This document shows positions 50,731 to 64,000 of a stretch of DNA of 64,000 bases, piece after piece. Position numbers and translations under genes: made by a program. Origin of the DNA: Octopus vulgaris (lineage: Eukaryota); contig OX597817.1 of the NCBI GenBank assembly GCA_951406725.2, positions 170,438,001 to 170,502,000 of the forward strand, in the 5' to 3' direction. Every line of letters begins with the position of its first letter. Within the stretch, counting starts at the first letter, position 1. The notes beneath the pieces were generated by a model, which saw only the letters and a list, made by a program, of their open reading frames with translations, was not told where the DNA came from and did not search any database.

Positions 50731-51602
50731 CTTGTCTACATGAATAACTCTTCAGGAATAAAGTATTTTGAGGTACTCAAACAAGTTTAGTCTCTTCAGG
50801 AGAGTTTCCAGATTTTAACAAAAATGTGTGTGTGTATGGCGGGAATAGTTTAACCCCAGGTCAACCTTAGTTGAGCAGACCTCTGATCAATGGCATTCCA
50901 GTTGTATCTCTTTTGTTTTCATACATAGGTCTCTTCATAGGTCATGAATATTTAGAACTACATTATCCTATTCATTCCATATAAGATTTCTTATAGTAGA
51001 TTACTTTATTTAATGTATCCTTCCTTTAAAGATAGTTGGGTGTAATTTGCAAGTTGTTTGGTTACTATTTCTAGCTGGTTGAGCAACTGCATAGCAACTC
51101 TTTAGTTGGCTCATGAAAGATGAGATTTTTCTAAAATGTAAGTAACCATGTAGCCTTTCTACACCAAGAAACTTGTTCTGCTCTGGTCCCTTCTTTGATA
51201 CTTTAACCCCTCATCTACTAGCATTAAACCCACCTTTCTCAGGGTCCATAGTCTTGCAAGCTGCACAGTAACCTCACTAGTGCCAGTGGTGCAATAAGAA
51301 ACACACAGCCATCTGGTTCGCCAAACCTCAGTCAAATCATCCAACCCATGCTAGCATGGAAAGCGGACGTTAAACGATGATGATGATGATGTGCACTATA
51401 AAGTGGTTGGCATTAAGAAGACATCAAGCTATAGAAACCATGCCGAAGTGGACAGTGGAGCATGATGCAATTCTTGAATCCATTACATCTGCCAAATTGT
51501 CCAACCCATACCAGCATGGAAAACGGATGTTAAAGGGTGATGATGATAAAGTGTCAATAGATGAAGTTTAGACTAATTGGTATATGTATGAGTATATATA
51601 TA

Positions 51603-51838
51603 AGGTGGCGAGCTGGCAGAAACGTTAGCGCGCCGGACGAAATGCTTAGCAGTATTTTGTCTGCCGTTACATTCTGAGTTCAAATTCCGCCGAGGTTGAC
51701 TTTGCCTTTCATCCTTTTGGGGTCGATTAAATAAGTACCAGTTATGCACTGGGGTCGATGTAATCGACTTAATACCTATGTCTGTCCTTGTTTGTCCTCT
51801 CTGTGTTTAGCCCCTTGTGGGTAGTAAAGAAATAGGTA
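51603..51838 (+). mobile_element. SINE family B
   Basis: Full unit; TSD GGTATATGTATGAGTATA. Confidence 0.9.
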
Positions 51839-52914
51839 TATGTATGAGTATAATCAGTGACTGAATTGGTTGGGAAGACGAGAATGTAACAGTAAAAGAG
51901 TGGGAGAGTCATTTGGGAAAAGAAAGTTTGATGAGACAACAAATTTTAGAAGAAAATCTGGGTTGATTGGATTGGTTTTGAAAATTGTAGAGAAAAACCT
52001 ATCAATATTGAATTTCATGCCAGGTTTGATGAAAGTTTTGATAAATTGCTTTCAGCAAGGTGGTGAGGCAATGTAACATTGGAGAATAGTTCAGTTGGAA
52101 GGCTTGTGGTCCTTGGTGAGAGAAAGAGGTTAAATAGTAATTTATTTATTGTTGTGAGTAACATGCAGCTTTAGACACGAAGTAGAGATGTCAAATTGTG
52201 GGATAGATGTGATGTGTGAATATTTAACAGAGAAATACTCCAATAAACAGAGGAGTTGGGAATAGAAACTTGCATTCTACACAGCTCAAGGGTTCACTGA
52301 GTATTAGTTATTAGTCAGTGTATTGATGAGAACTTGCTATGTTATCTCTGCTTAGAATAAGAGAACTTGCAAAAGAGAAGCAGATAGTAGTCAGGTTTAG
52401 ACCAGTGGAAGCTTTATAGCTAGGCAGTGAAAATGGATTTTTTTTTTTGAAAAGAAAGTTTTATGAATTGATAGAGAAAAATTATTTTTAGGCAAGGTTG
52501 TGTCATTAAGAAGCTCACTTTGCAACCATGGGGTTTCAGGCTCCATCCTGCTGTACAACGCCTTGAGCAAGTGTCTTCTATAGTCTTGAGCCAACCAATG
52601 CCTTGTGAGCGAATTTGGTAGATGGAAAATGTATGGCTGCCTGTTGTGTGTACATACATATGTACATAAGCACACACACACACACACCTATCTAACACGA
52701 CAACAGTCAAGTCTACTCAATGCTAGCGGGACTCCCAGAACATCCTTGATGTATCTATCTATCTATCTATTTTATTTTTTTCTACTGATCCCTTTTGAAC
52801 GGAATTTTACTATTTTTTCTCTGTATTCCTTTTTCATTTTCATTTTCGAAAAGAAAAGCTCTATATTTGTATTTGTCCCTTCTGTGTTCAGCCCTGTGCA
52901 ACCAATAAAGAAAG

Positions 52915-53130
<216 letters not shown>

Positions 53131-53566
53131 TATATGTGTGTGTGCGTGCGTCTGACCCCCCACCTCCCCATCACTTGACAATTAGTGTTGTTTTGTTTAC
53201 ACCTCTATAACCTAGCTCTTAGGTGAAAGAACCCATCAGAATAAGTGCTAGGCTTAAAAAAGGCATAAGTACAGGGGCTGATTTGTTTGATTAGAACCCT
53301 TCAAGGTGGGTTCTCCAGCATGGCTGTAGTCCAATGACTGAAATTTGTAAAAAGATGAAAGTTATCCAGCCTCAGGTTTGATGGATGTGACATGAATCTG
53401 AAAAAGCAGGTAATTTGACAGGCTTTTTTTTTTTGCTCCATTAGCAAAGGAGTGAGTAAAATGAATTTCATTAAAAAATCCATTACTTTTGTTAGAAAGA
53501 CTAGGACCTCAACCCCTCTGGAGTTTAAACTGTTTCAGGTGATTAGAACTTACTAAGAGCACAGAT

Positions 53567-53597
<31 letters not shown>

Positions 53598-53949
53598 AAG
53601 CGAGAGCAGTATTGATTACCTGTTTAATGTGACAGTGGTGATCTGAGGGGATATTATCATTGATGAACTATTTAATTAATTTCTAAGCAATTTTCCTATG
53701 CCAACAAGCCTACAATTTTGTATATTAATTTTAATTTTCTTTGTGAAAGCGATGCATCACTAATGAGGTAAGAATAATGTTAAAACATGCCTGGCAAAGT
53801 CTCATATAATTGAGGTGAAAATTAATACATATTAATCATTGGCTAATGTTTTCTTGTTCCTTGGCTATTTGCGACACCGGTGTCTGAAAAGATGCTGGTA
53901 TCTTATATATCATGGCAGTGAGATTTAACTGACAGGAGGTGATCAGTGC

Positions 53950-53995
53950 CTCCTCTTGATGAGGTCCAGTTGACCGAAATCACGTGATATGGGAA
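53950..53995 (+). ncRNA. Hammerhead-like motif with a 10-nt palindromic stem III and variant core
   Basis: C-TTGATGA-GGTC(CAGTT)GACC-GAAA-TCACGTGA-TA. Confidence 0.5.
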
Positions 53996-54685
53996 TTCCA
54001 ATGCTCATGACAGATGATTCTCATCTGTTATGATCCATGTGTATGCTTTTATGCACCAAGCCCCTTTTATGCACCAACCCAGTATTTGGTGTTCTAACAA
54101 GACATCCGTATTAATTTAAATATAAAGATTACTTTTTGATATTAATACTGCTTCCCTCACTAATGATGAATTCTTATGATATATTTCTAATCAGTTTTTT
54201 AATACTCCATATATTAAATGTTATCTTACCTATCAACTTAGTATTTGGAGCCTGGTGCAGCCATCTGGTTCGCCAGTCCTCAGTCAAATCATCCAACCCA
54301 TGCTAGCATAGAAAGCGGATGTTAAGCAATGATGATGAGCCTCTCTCTTTCTCTTTCTTTCTCTCCCTTTCTTCTGACTCACACATACACATTATCCCTT
54401 TCTCATATATGTGTGCATGTGTGTGTATCATCGTCGACATCATCATCATCTTTCTTAATGCTTTTTTTCCATGCCTGCATGGGCTAGATGAAATTATTCG
54501 TGGAAACAGACATTTTTTTTTTATAGCTTGATGCTCTTCCTGTTGCTAACCCTCACTTGTTTCCAAGCATAATAATATTTTCCCTAGTCCATCAAACACA
54601 AACTGCATGAACACCAGACATATTCTCCACAGAAAATAGTGAACAAACAACACAACTTGTAAAATGATGAAATATATTTACAATA

Positions 54686-54856
54686 GGCGCAGGAGTGGCT
54701 GTGTGGTAAGTAGCTTGCTTATCAACCACATGGTTCCGGGTTCAGTCCCACTGTGTGGCACCTTGGGCAAGTGTCTTCTACTATAGCCTCAGGCCGACGA
54801 AAGCCTTGTGAGTGGATTTGGTAGACAGAAACTGAAAGAAGCCTGTCATATATATG

Positions 54857-54887
<31 letters not shown>

Positions 54888-55102
54888 ATGTTTGTGTGTC
54901 TGTGTTTGTCACCCTAGCATTGCTTGACAACTGATGCTGGTGTGTTTACGCCCCTGTAACTTAGCGGTTCAGCAAAAGAGACCAATAGAATAAGTACTAG
55001 GCTTACAAAGAATATGTCCTGGGGTCGATTTGCTCGACTAAAGGTAGTGCTCCAGCATGGCCGCAGTCAAAATGACTGAAACAAGTAAAAGAGTAAAGAG
55101 TA
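54686..55102 (+). mobile_element. SINE family A, full length
   Basis: Matches 200-600. Confidence 0.9.
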
Positions 55103-56287
55103 ATGTCAAGAAAAAGAAACACACACACACACACGCACACACGTGCGCGCACACACACACACACACGCACACACCCGCACACACACACTAACAAGCATCA
55201 CAGTCACACAATCTTCTGTGAAAATATGTCCAGCCGATGGGAAATATTACTTTACTGGAAAACAGATGAAGGTTGGCAACAGGAAGTGCATCCAATCACA
55301 AAATTTGCATCACCAAATTTCATTTGACCCATTTGAGCATGGAAAAGTTGGCATTCAGTTGATGGTAGTGATACTTGTGTGTATATGTTTGCATGTCTGT
55401 GTGTGTATGTATGTATGTATGTATGTGTGTGTGTGCAAATATTTTTCCATGTCAAAATATTTGTACATATTGTCTTATAATGATGAGATTATTTTAGTAA
55501 TGTCTACTGCCTGCCTTTCATATTTGCTCATAGTTTATGCCTGGTTTCTTTGTTTGTCTGATTACATATTTGTTTCTCTTACTGTATATTGGCACCCGTT
55601 TCTCTCATACCTCTAATTGCACATGTACTTCTCTGATGTCTGTATGTGCGACTGATTTACCGCAATCAGAATTATCTCCAATTAGGCTTTATTTGTAGAC
55701 AAAACTAAGATTTATTTGTATTTCAAGTGGCAGAGTAGTGTAAAAATAAATATTTGGAAATGAAGAGACAAAATTCTTATCTTCTACAACAATTTGCCCC
55801 AGTTCCTCTGTAAATTCATCCTTTTGTTCAGAATACTTGCAGCTACTAGATCGTAAACTTGACAATGGTAACAGAACTGCTGCTTTACATTAGTGAAAGA
55901 TTAGTGATTTAGTCACATTGATGCTGGCAGAGAAATCAAGCAACTCTGAATGATCCATTTCCTGTCATATAAGTCCGATTGCTTTAACATTTACTTCCTG
56001 TTATGAATTTCTAGTAATTGCCTTAACAACATTCAGTTCTTGTTAGATAATTTCCCAGGGGCCCTTTTACAACATCAACTTCCTGTCACCAACCTTTACA
56101 TAATGACATGATACCGTGTTTATCTCTTTGTTATGCAGTAAAAACAAATAGTTTATTTGCCTATCATGTGTAAATTCCAACTATGACTGAGAACAAATAG
56201 AAATGTATAGTTATGCATTGTGTTTTAGATATGTATTTTCTTACTGATTCTAGAGTCTAAAGATGAAGTCATTGGCTAATGATAATG

Positions 56288-56570
56288 TCATCATCATCGT
56301 TAAACGTCCGCTTTCCATGCTAGCCTGGGTTGGATGATTTTGACTGAGGGCTGGCGAACCAGATGGCTGCACCAGGCTCCAATCTTGATTTGGCAGAGTT
56401 TCTACGGCTGGATGCCCTTCCTAACACCAACCACTCCAAGAGTGTAGTGGGTGCTTTTTACGTGCCACCGGCATGGGGGCCAATCAGGCGGTACTGGCAA
56501 CGACCTCGCTCTAATCCTCTTACACATGCCACCAGCACAGGTGCCAGCAAGGTGTTGTTGGCAACGATAG
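56288..56570 (-). mobile_element. SINE family C
   Basis: (CAT)n-CGTTAAACGTCCGC...CTGGATGCCCTTCC. Confidence 0.85.
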
Positions 56571-56696
56571 TTTATAGTAAGATAGTTTATAGTCATACCT
56601 GAGAATCTTCAAAAGTTAAATCAGTAACCAAAGTAACTTAAAGGTTGATAATCTTGCCAACCTATTAGTGTTAATCCTTATCTCAAAATTAGAACT

Positions 56697-56850
56697 GTAA
56701 AATATCCTAGCACGGGGTCCTAGAACACCTGATGTGTTGGCGGCAGCTGGCACAATCTGGTAGTGACCGGCCAGACCTCTGTATTTACTGATTTTTCTCT
56801 CCTCCGCGTTACGGTTGGCAACACCAGCGCTTGCAGCAGAAGCTAAAACA
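56697..56850 (-). pseudogene. Fragment of an RLE-type non-LTR retrotransposon (CRE-like endonuclease region)
   Basis: ASAASAGVANRNAEERKISKYRGLAGHYQIVPAAANTSGVLGPRARIF fits the AE..K..KY..L...Y...P.A.ET.G..G pattern. Confidence 0.65.
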
Positions 56851-57175
56851 TATCCATTGTAAATGAGATTGTTGAATATAAATTTGGCTGCTATCCCGAG
56901 CACCCCAAAGAACTATATAGAAAATCAAGTAATGATTTATAAAGCAACCAACCTGTTGTATCTAAATCTCTGTTGCATTTAAGACATCCAGTCTTTGGTA
57001 TGTAATACCTCTGAAATAGATTTCACTGAAGTTCAATTTAAGTTTAGTCTTCCAGAAACTTTGGTTTTCCAAGGGGAATCAACCTATTTAGAACTTTTAT
57101 AAGATTTCTAATAAATGCTTGTTATTAAAATTGATGCTTCATGGAAGATTTCATATGAGAAGTTATTATTATTAA

Positions 57176-57233
<58 letters not shown>

Positions 57234-57563
57234 CTATGTATAAAACTGTAATGAGTAACTGGATGGAAATAATTTGTTTATTGACTATTGGTCTGCTATG
57301 ATAGCTATTCCATGTGAAGTGAACAGTGTAAGGCATTGCACAAGTCAATATCTCTTATGACATCTATATTTAGAAGTTAACTCATCCATTCTGTTTTATG
57401 TCAATAAAATGTCTCTACTCTATGAGCAGAAAAAAAAAAAAAATATATATATATAAAAAAATTTAAAAAACTACTACTACAACTGCTGCTGGTAATGATA
57501 ATAATAATAATAATAAAAATATAAATGGCAGAGGTTTTCTGAGTACTAACCGTCAATAATAAA

Positions 57564-57607
<44 letters not shown>

Positions 57608-59166
57608 TCCTTTCTACTATAGATTCAAACCTGATATTCTTTTTAGAGGAGGCGGTTAGTGGATTACATCGTCCCCTCTCTGTGCTTAGCTGATATTTAT
57701 TTCATTGACCCTGAAAGGATGACAGGCAAATTAAGGTGTTATTATCTGGAGTGATGCAGAGGTTGAAGGGCATAGTAGTAACCCTTACCTGGGACTGTGA
57801 TGAATACTTCCTCTTTGTTATGTTATATCCTTAGGCAAGGGAATTAGCTGTTTTAACCTGTGTCTATATTGGAAGTAGCAGAAGTTGTCCAGTTTTTAGA
57901 TGATTGGTCAGTGTTTGGGTAGGACAGTCATCTATAAAAGCAACATCTTTCCGGTTCTTTTTGTAAGTGTTTTAACCTTCATCATCACCATTGATTGGTG
58001 GTGATTATAATTTTTGATTTAGGTACAAGGCCAGCAGTTTTCTTCTTTTTTTTTGGTGGGGGGGGGGTAGTCAGTGTCACCAACCCCTGCGCTAGACTGG
58101 TACTTTGCTGTCCATCCTCTCTCCAGGGTCAATAAAATGTAGTTTGCCTCAGTTGGTCTTGAACTCAGAATATATAAAGAATCAGAATACTTCAAGGTAT
58201 TTGTCTGACACTCTAACACTGCTAAATAAAAACAACAACAACAATAATAATAATAATAATAACAATAACTAGTTGTACCTGTGAAAAATTCATGGAAAAC
58301 ATAAAAAATGTAAGCATCTGTAAATTGTGTGCTGCTCCCATGAGAAATGTTTCTATATTGTGACAGTTAAAGGCGGTGAGTTGGCAGAAATGTTAGCACG
58401 CCGGGTGAAATGCTTAGCGGTATTTCGTCTGTCTTTATGTTCTGAGTTCAAATTCTGGCGAGGTCAAAGACTTACCATATTATTTGGTGTATGGCCAAAT
58501 TCAATTGGGTAGAAGACCTAAAAAAAAGTGTGTGTGTGTGTGTGTGTGGTTGGGACATTTATAGGCAGGGTAAATTTCAGTTCAATTGTAGAAAGGAATT
58601 CAAGTACCTGTCAGACACTCCAAAAAAAAGTCTTCTTTCTCTCTCTCTTTGACTCTCTCTATCTCTTTCTCTCTCACTTCCTCTCTCCCTTGCTCAACAC
58701 ACTTGTCAAATCTAACTAACTTAATTTTCTCATTAAGATTGTTGCTGCTTCAGTGCCCCAGTAGGCATGGGTGTTGAGAAGTAGTAATACAACACATAGG
58801 TGGTGGTCTCAAATCTCTTCCAGAAATTATAAGATATCTAGTTAAACAAAATTTCTTTCAACAATTTCTTTCTCTTGAGCATGATACACGTGTCAGGTAC
58901 ATACAAAAAACAAATTAGCATATCAATATTATTGATAATAATAATAATAATTCTTTCTGCTATAAGCACAAGTCCTGGATTCTGTTAGGAGGGAGACAGT
59001 CAATCATATTGACCCAAGTGTTTCACTGGTACTTAATTTATTGACCCTGAAAGGATAAAATGCAAAGGTGACCTTGACAGAATTTGAACTCAGAACGTAG
59101 AGAAGGATGAAATGCCACTGAGCATTTTGCCCAACATGCTAACAATTCTGCCAGCTTGCCACCTTA

Positions 59167-59253
<87 letters not shown>

Positions 59254-59334
59254 CATTATTAATTTTATTAATTATTTAAATTTTGGCACAAGGCCAGCAA
59301 TTTCAGTGGAAGGATGAAGTCAGTTACATTGACT

Positions 59335-59642
59335 CCAGTGCATAACTGGTACTTATTTTATTGACCTCAAAAAGATGAAGGGCAAAGTCAATCTCAGCAG
59401 AATTTGAATCCTTTCTGCTGTCAGCACAAGGTCTGAAATTTTGGGGTAGGAGGCTAGTCAATTTCTTCAACCCCAGTGCATAACTGGTACTTATTTTATT
59501 GACCTCAAAAAGATGAAGGGCAAAGTCAATCTCAGCAGAATTTGAATCCTTTCTGCTGTCAGCACAAGGTCTGAAATTTTGGGGTAGGAGGCTAGTCAAT
59601 TACTTCAACCCCAGTGCATAACTGGTACTTATTTTATTGACC
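59335..59642 (-). repeat. 138-bp tandem duplication of a B2 SINE body (~2.2 units)
   Basis: CATAACTGGTACTT at 59341, 59479 and 59617; units nearly identical. Confidence 0.9.
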
Positions 59643-60319
59643 CTGAAAGGATGAAATGCAAAGTAGACCTTGGCAGTAATTGAATAATAATAATAATAAT
59701 AATAATAATTGTTTCAATTTGTGGCACAAAGCCAGCAAGTTTGCGGGAGAAAGGGTTTGTTGATTGTATGTGATCCCAGTATTAGATTGGTACCTTATTT
59801 TACCAACTCTGGAGGTATAACAGGCATATTATCTCTAGCAAGATTTGAATCTAGAACATACAGAGACATGAGTAAATAAGTTATCCATAGTTTCTGAAAT
59901 CATCTCAATAACAAAGAGCTGAGGAATGTGTGTTTGTTGTTTGTGAGACTTGGAATATTTTTAAATGATTGAAAAGTGTTAAGTTGTCTCAGAGAATCTC
60001 TGACTAATAATCACTGCAAAAATGATTATGTTATTTACTCTCATAATGTGGGAGAGAGAATATGAGAGTGGATGAGATGATGGGTGCATTAAAACAAGAG
60101 ACAGACAGGTGTGTGTGTGTGTGTGTGTGTGGATGGGTGCATGCGTGCGTGCATGTGTGTGATAGAGGTAAGATGGAATGATACAGAGATGTGAATAATT
60201 CAGTAAGAAAAGTAGGTATATGTGTATATTTAGATGGAAACTGAGAGTTTCAGAGAGAGAGAGAGGAGAGGAAGGAGGGAGGGACAAAGAGAGAGAGGAG
60301 AGGAAGGAGGGAGGGACAA

Positions 60320-60350
<31 letters not shown>

Positions 60351-60707
60351 TAGACAGACAGACAGACAGTAAAATACAAGATAGCTGTGAATATTTGATA
60401 AGTTGATTCATTGCTGTCTCTGTCTATTGTGGCTTCATTTTCTCATAATTAGTGATTGTATCAGGTGATTTTCTGACTGAAATTGAACTGTTGCTCTGTT
60501 AATCTGTTCTGATAATGATTTACATGTCTTAAACCATAGATTAGTAATCTAATTCTTGTAATAAATCTTGTCTTACCAACACGAAAGGCCTGAATCACAA
60601 TTAGTCAGTAATCTGTTTCCATTCTGAAATGTTTTTTGTGCTGTTAAGCTTTGTTGTTAGTCTTATATCTTTAGAGGATAAACTACCCCATATTTTAACC
60701 CTTGGGA

Positions 60708-60938
60708 AGGCGGCAAGCTGGCAGAAACGTTAGCACGCCGGGTGAAATGCATAGCCGTATTTCGTCTGTCGTTACGTTCCGAGTTCAAATTCCGCTGAGG
60801 TCGACTTTGCCTTTCATCCTTTCGGGGTCGATTAAATAAGTACTAGTTACGCACTGGTGTCGGTGTAATCGACTTAATCCGTTTGTCTGTCCTTGTTTGT
60901 CCCCTCTGTGTTTAGCCCCTTGTGGGTAATAAAGGAAT
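60708..60938 (+). mobile_element. SINE family B
   Basis: TSD CATATTTTA(A/T)CCCTTGGG; further copies at ~58371-58467 (truncated) and ~63405-63635. Confidence 0.9.
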
Positions 60939-61202
60939 ACATATTTTATCCCTTGGGTTAGCAGTTGATTGGGGCTCTCTACTCAAATTGCAGTCGGTCA
61001 CTAGGAGTCAGATATAATTGTCCACTTCCATGTGTAAACTGTCTCTTGAAGTTAATTATATTAAAGAGTATGATACCATACTGAGAGGAGTGCATGGTAA
61101 AGGTAGACATCAGTGATTGATTTCACTGGAATAATTCTTCCTTTCTACTATAAGCTCAAGGCTTGACATTTTAAGGGAGTGGACAATCGATTACATTACA
61201 TT

Positions 61203-61460
61203 GTGGAGGCACATGACTTAGTGGTTAGGGTGTTGGACTCATGACTATAAGATTGTGGTTTTGATTCCTGGACCGGACGATCTGTTGTGTTCTTGAGCAA
61301 AACACTTCATTTCATGTTGCTCCAGTCCACTCAGCTGGCAAAAGTGAGTATTCCTGCAATGCACTAGCATCCCTTCCAGTGGGGTAGTATATACACCAGA
61401 GAATCCGGGAAACCAGTCCTATGTGTCTATATGACTTGGGAAGGAGTTTTGTCCTTTATT
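61203..61460 (+). mobile_element. tRNA-derived OR-like SINE with CORE-like body, nested in a minus-strand B2 copy
   Basis: GTGGAGGCACATGACTTAGTGGTTAGGG head; TGTGTTCTTGAGCAAAACACTT body; GATTACATT on both flanks. Confidence 0.8.
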
Positions 61461-61640
61461 CTTAGTTGATTACATTGACCCCAGTACTCAACTGGTACTT
61501 ATTTTATTAACTCCCCAAGAAAGATGAAAAGCAAAGTTGACTTCTGTGGAATTTGAACACAGAATGTAAAGCCAGAAGAAATGCCAGTAAGCATTTTATC
61601 TGGTGTGCTAACAATTCTGCCAGCTCACGGACTCAATATA

Positions 61641-62039
61641 TCTTCTTTATATATAAAAGTAAGCTTGTGTGCTGTCTGTCTCCTACGATTTAGATTCCTA
61701 ACTACTCCCACATTTTGCGGTGCAGTTTAACCAAAACCAGGTATCTTATAGTCGTGATTCATATCGAGCCCTTCTGGGTATTAGCGCGCGTCTACGATGA
61801 GTCTACGATTTTAAAAAGAATTTACCATCAATTTTTCCCATTTTTAATGCATTTTTGGCATATATAAGGGAAGTAACTCTCTAAAAATTTATTATTAAAT
61901 CTCAGAACGTAAAAAGCTACAGTAACACCCTTCCTTTGTGGTTAGCCATATTGAGATGGCTATTATACTTTACATCTCTAAAAATGCTTATATAGTTATT
62001 TCCCTTACAAACCCAAGCAACGCCGGGCGATACTGCTAG
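61641..62039 (+). mobile_element. Non-autonomous Helitron family H1, variant interior
   Basis: Same termini as 4906-5301 but a different ~90-bp internal segment. Confidence 0.85.
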
Positions 62040-62237
62040 TATTGAATATAATTGTACCAGCTAAGTCAGATGCCTATCTATTACTTGCAGTAGTGTACTT
62101 TAGCTCAATATCTAAGTTAGAACTAGAACCTGGTATGTCTAATTTTTGTGTTGATTATTCATCACCGCATCCCTTGAAATATTCTTGATAGATGGTAGGG
62201 TATCATTTGAGGTGGATTTGGCTAACATTTCTGCGTA

Positions 62238-62660
62238 GGCGCAGGAGTGGCTGTGTGGTAAGTAGCTTGCTAACCAACCACATGGTTCCGGGTTCAGTCC
62301 CACTGCGTGGCATCTTGGGCAAGTGTCTTCTGCTATAGCCCCGGGCCGACCAATGCCTTGTGAGTGGATTTGGTAGACGGAAACTCAAAGAAGCCTGTCG
62401 TATATATGTATATATATATATGTGTGGATGTGTGTGTGTGTGTTTGTGTGTCTGGGTTTGTCACCCTAGCATTGCTTGACAACCGATGCTGGTGTGTTTA
62501 CGTCCCCGTCACTTAGCGGTTCGGCAAAAGAGACCGATAGAATAAGTACTGGGCTTCCAAAGAATAAGTCCCGGGGTCGATTTGCTCGACTAAAGGCGGT
62601 GCTCCAGCATGGCTGCAGTCAAATGACTGAAACAAGTAAAAGAGTTAAAAGAGAAAGAGT
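62238..62660 (+). mobile_element. SINE family A, full length, young
   Basis: Near-identical to 200-600. Confidence 0.9.
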
Positions 62661-64000
62661 ATGTAGAACCACGTAGTGGCTCCTTCATTGGCTCGTTTTC
62701 TTGCTATCGTTCCAAGGATTAACGTGGAGTTGTAAAAATTTTGAGTGAATAGAATATGATGTCTTTAGAATGGGCAGCTGCAATAGCTGTAATAAAGAAA
62801 GTGGTTCAACTTTATATTGTTAATTGCTTTGTCTTCATAAAGAATTTAACTATAAAAGCTAAATGACCTGCATTGAGAATTGTACAATGTCTTGTCTGAC
62901 ACAATTGAACATCAGTAATCTCTCTTGAAGTTTTCTATTGTTATAGAAACCATTAAATAGTGTCTTCCAGTACGAATTCTTTGAACTTGTTGATTCATCT
63001 CTATCCTTAATCTAATTGCATTAAATTATAGTTAATTATTCTGATCAGTTTAACAATACAGTATATTTATGATGATCCTTTTGTTGTAATGTAAGGATGA
63101 CAGGAATCTCCTTATTTTAAAAAGAGATTTACATTCAGTGTTGTCTACCCTTTCAACCTCTAAGACTGGATCCAATGCAACCACTTTGGCTTCTGTTAGG
63201 AATTTGAGATTTACTTAATAGCAGAAAAGTAAACGGCAAATAGATGAGATGAGGTGAAAATAGGGCGAATGAAATATACAGTCTCTTACCGTATTCATGA
63301 ATGAATTCACCCCACTTGTTGCATGCTGGGGACGATGGTTTTAAGGTGAGGGAATGTTAACTGTTAGGATGATTGTGGAGTTGTTGTGTAGAGAAAAGTT
63401 AAATGGTGTAATGGCAGAACCGTTAGCACGCCGGGCGAAATGCGTAGCTGTATTTTGTCTGCCGTTACGTTCTGAGTTCAAATTCCGCCGAGGTTGACTT
63501 TGCCTTTCATCCTTTCGGGATCGATAAATTAAGTACCAGTTACGCACTGGGGTCGATGTAATCAACTTAATCCGTTTGTCTGTCCTTGTTTGTCCCCTCT
63601 GTGTTTAGCCCCTTGTGGGTAGTAAAGGAATAGGTATGTTATAAAGACATTACAATGATGAGGGACAGTGTTCTCTTTACCCCTCATCTTCACTTCACAC
63701 CGTTGCAGTAAAAGTAATGTGAAAATAATGAACATTAACTGTCTCAAGTTTTGTGTTGAGTTGACAGGTACTTAACCAAACAATTGACCAGTTCTTACAA
63801 CCAACTCCATCACATAGCTATCGTATATCATTTGCACACTAATAGAGACTTAACAAACATGTTGGAGATTACTGCCTTAGAAATGTCCCTCATGCCCCCT
63901 CCAGGAATTCAAATGATTGATTATGGGATACCCTCATATTAATGTCTCATTAACTAGTATAAGACCCAAGCTATTGGGTTTAAAGAAGATCATCATCATT

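Overview
AT-rich animal genomic DNA packed with microsatellites and interspersed repeats. The SINE families and simple-repeat landscape strongly resemble Octopus (coleoid cephalopod) DNA; this is pattern recognition, not a database match. No intact long protein-coding ORF is present, and almost every ORF in the supplied track comes from microsatellites or SINEs. Most of the window looks like the 5' end and very long first intron(s) of an unidentified + strand gene: a TE-free putative first exon ending ATG|GTAAGT at 13287-13295, and a few small candidate exons at 41.6 and 50.0-50.15 kb. Repeats include at least four tRNA-derived or SINE-like families with swapped modules, two non-autonomous Helitron families, piggyBac-, Tc2/pogo- and hAT-like MITEs, a Tc1 transposase relic, and decayed RTE, R4/Dong and CRE-like LINE fragments. 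The most interesting signals are: (1) about eight minimal hammerhead-ribozyme-like motifs, most with palindromic stem III, in Penelope-like, often (TA)n-flanked repeats, two of them forming an inverted pair; (2) strong polypyrimidine-AG|GTRAG junctions that could be recursive splice sites; (3) a head-to-tail Helitron junction; (4) a long fold-back split by a SINE; and (5) orientation bias and internal minisatellite expansion among the SINEs. Coordinates of degenerate repeats are approximate.
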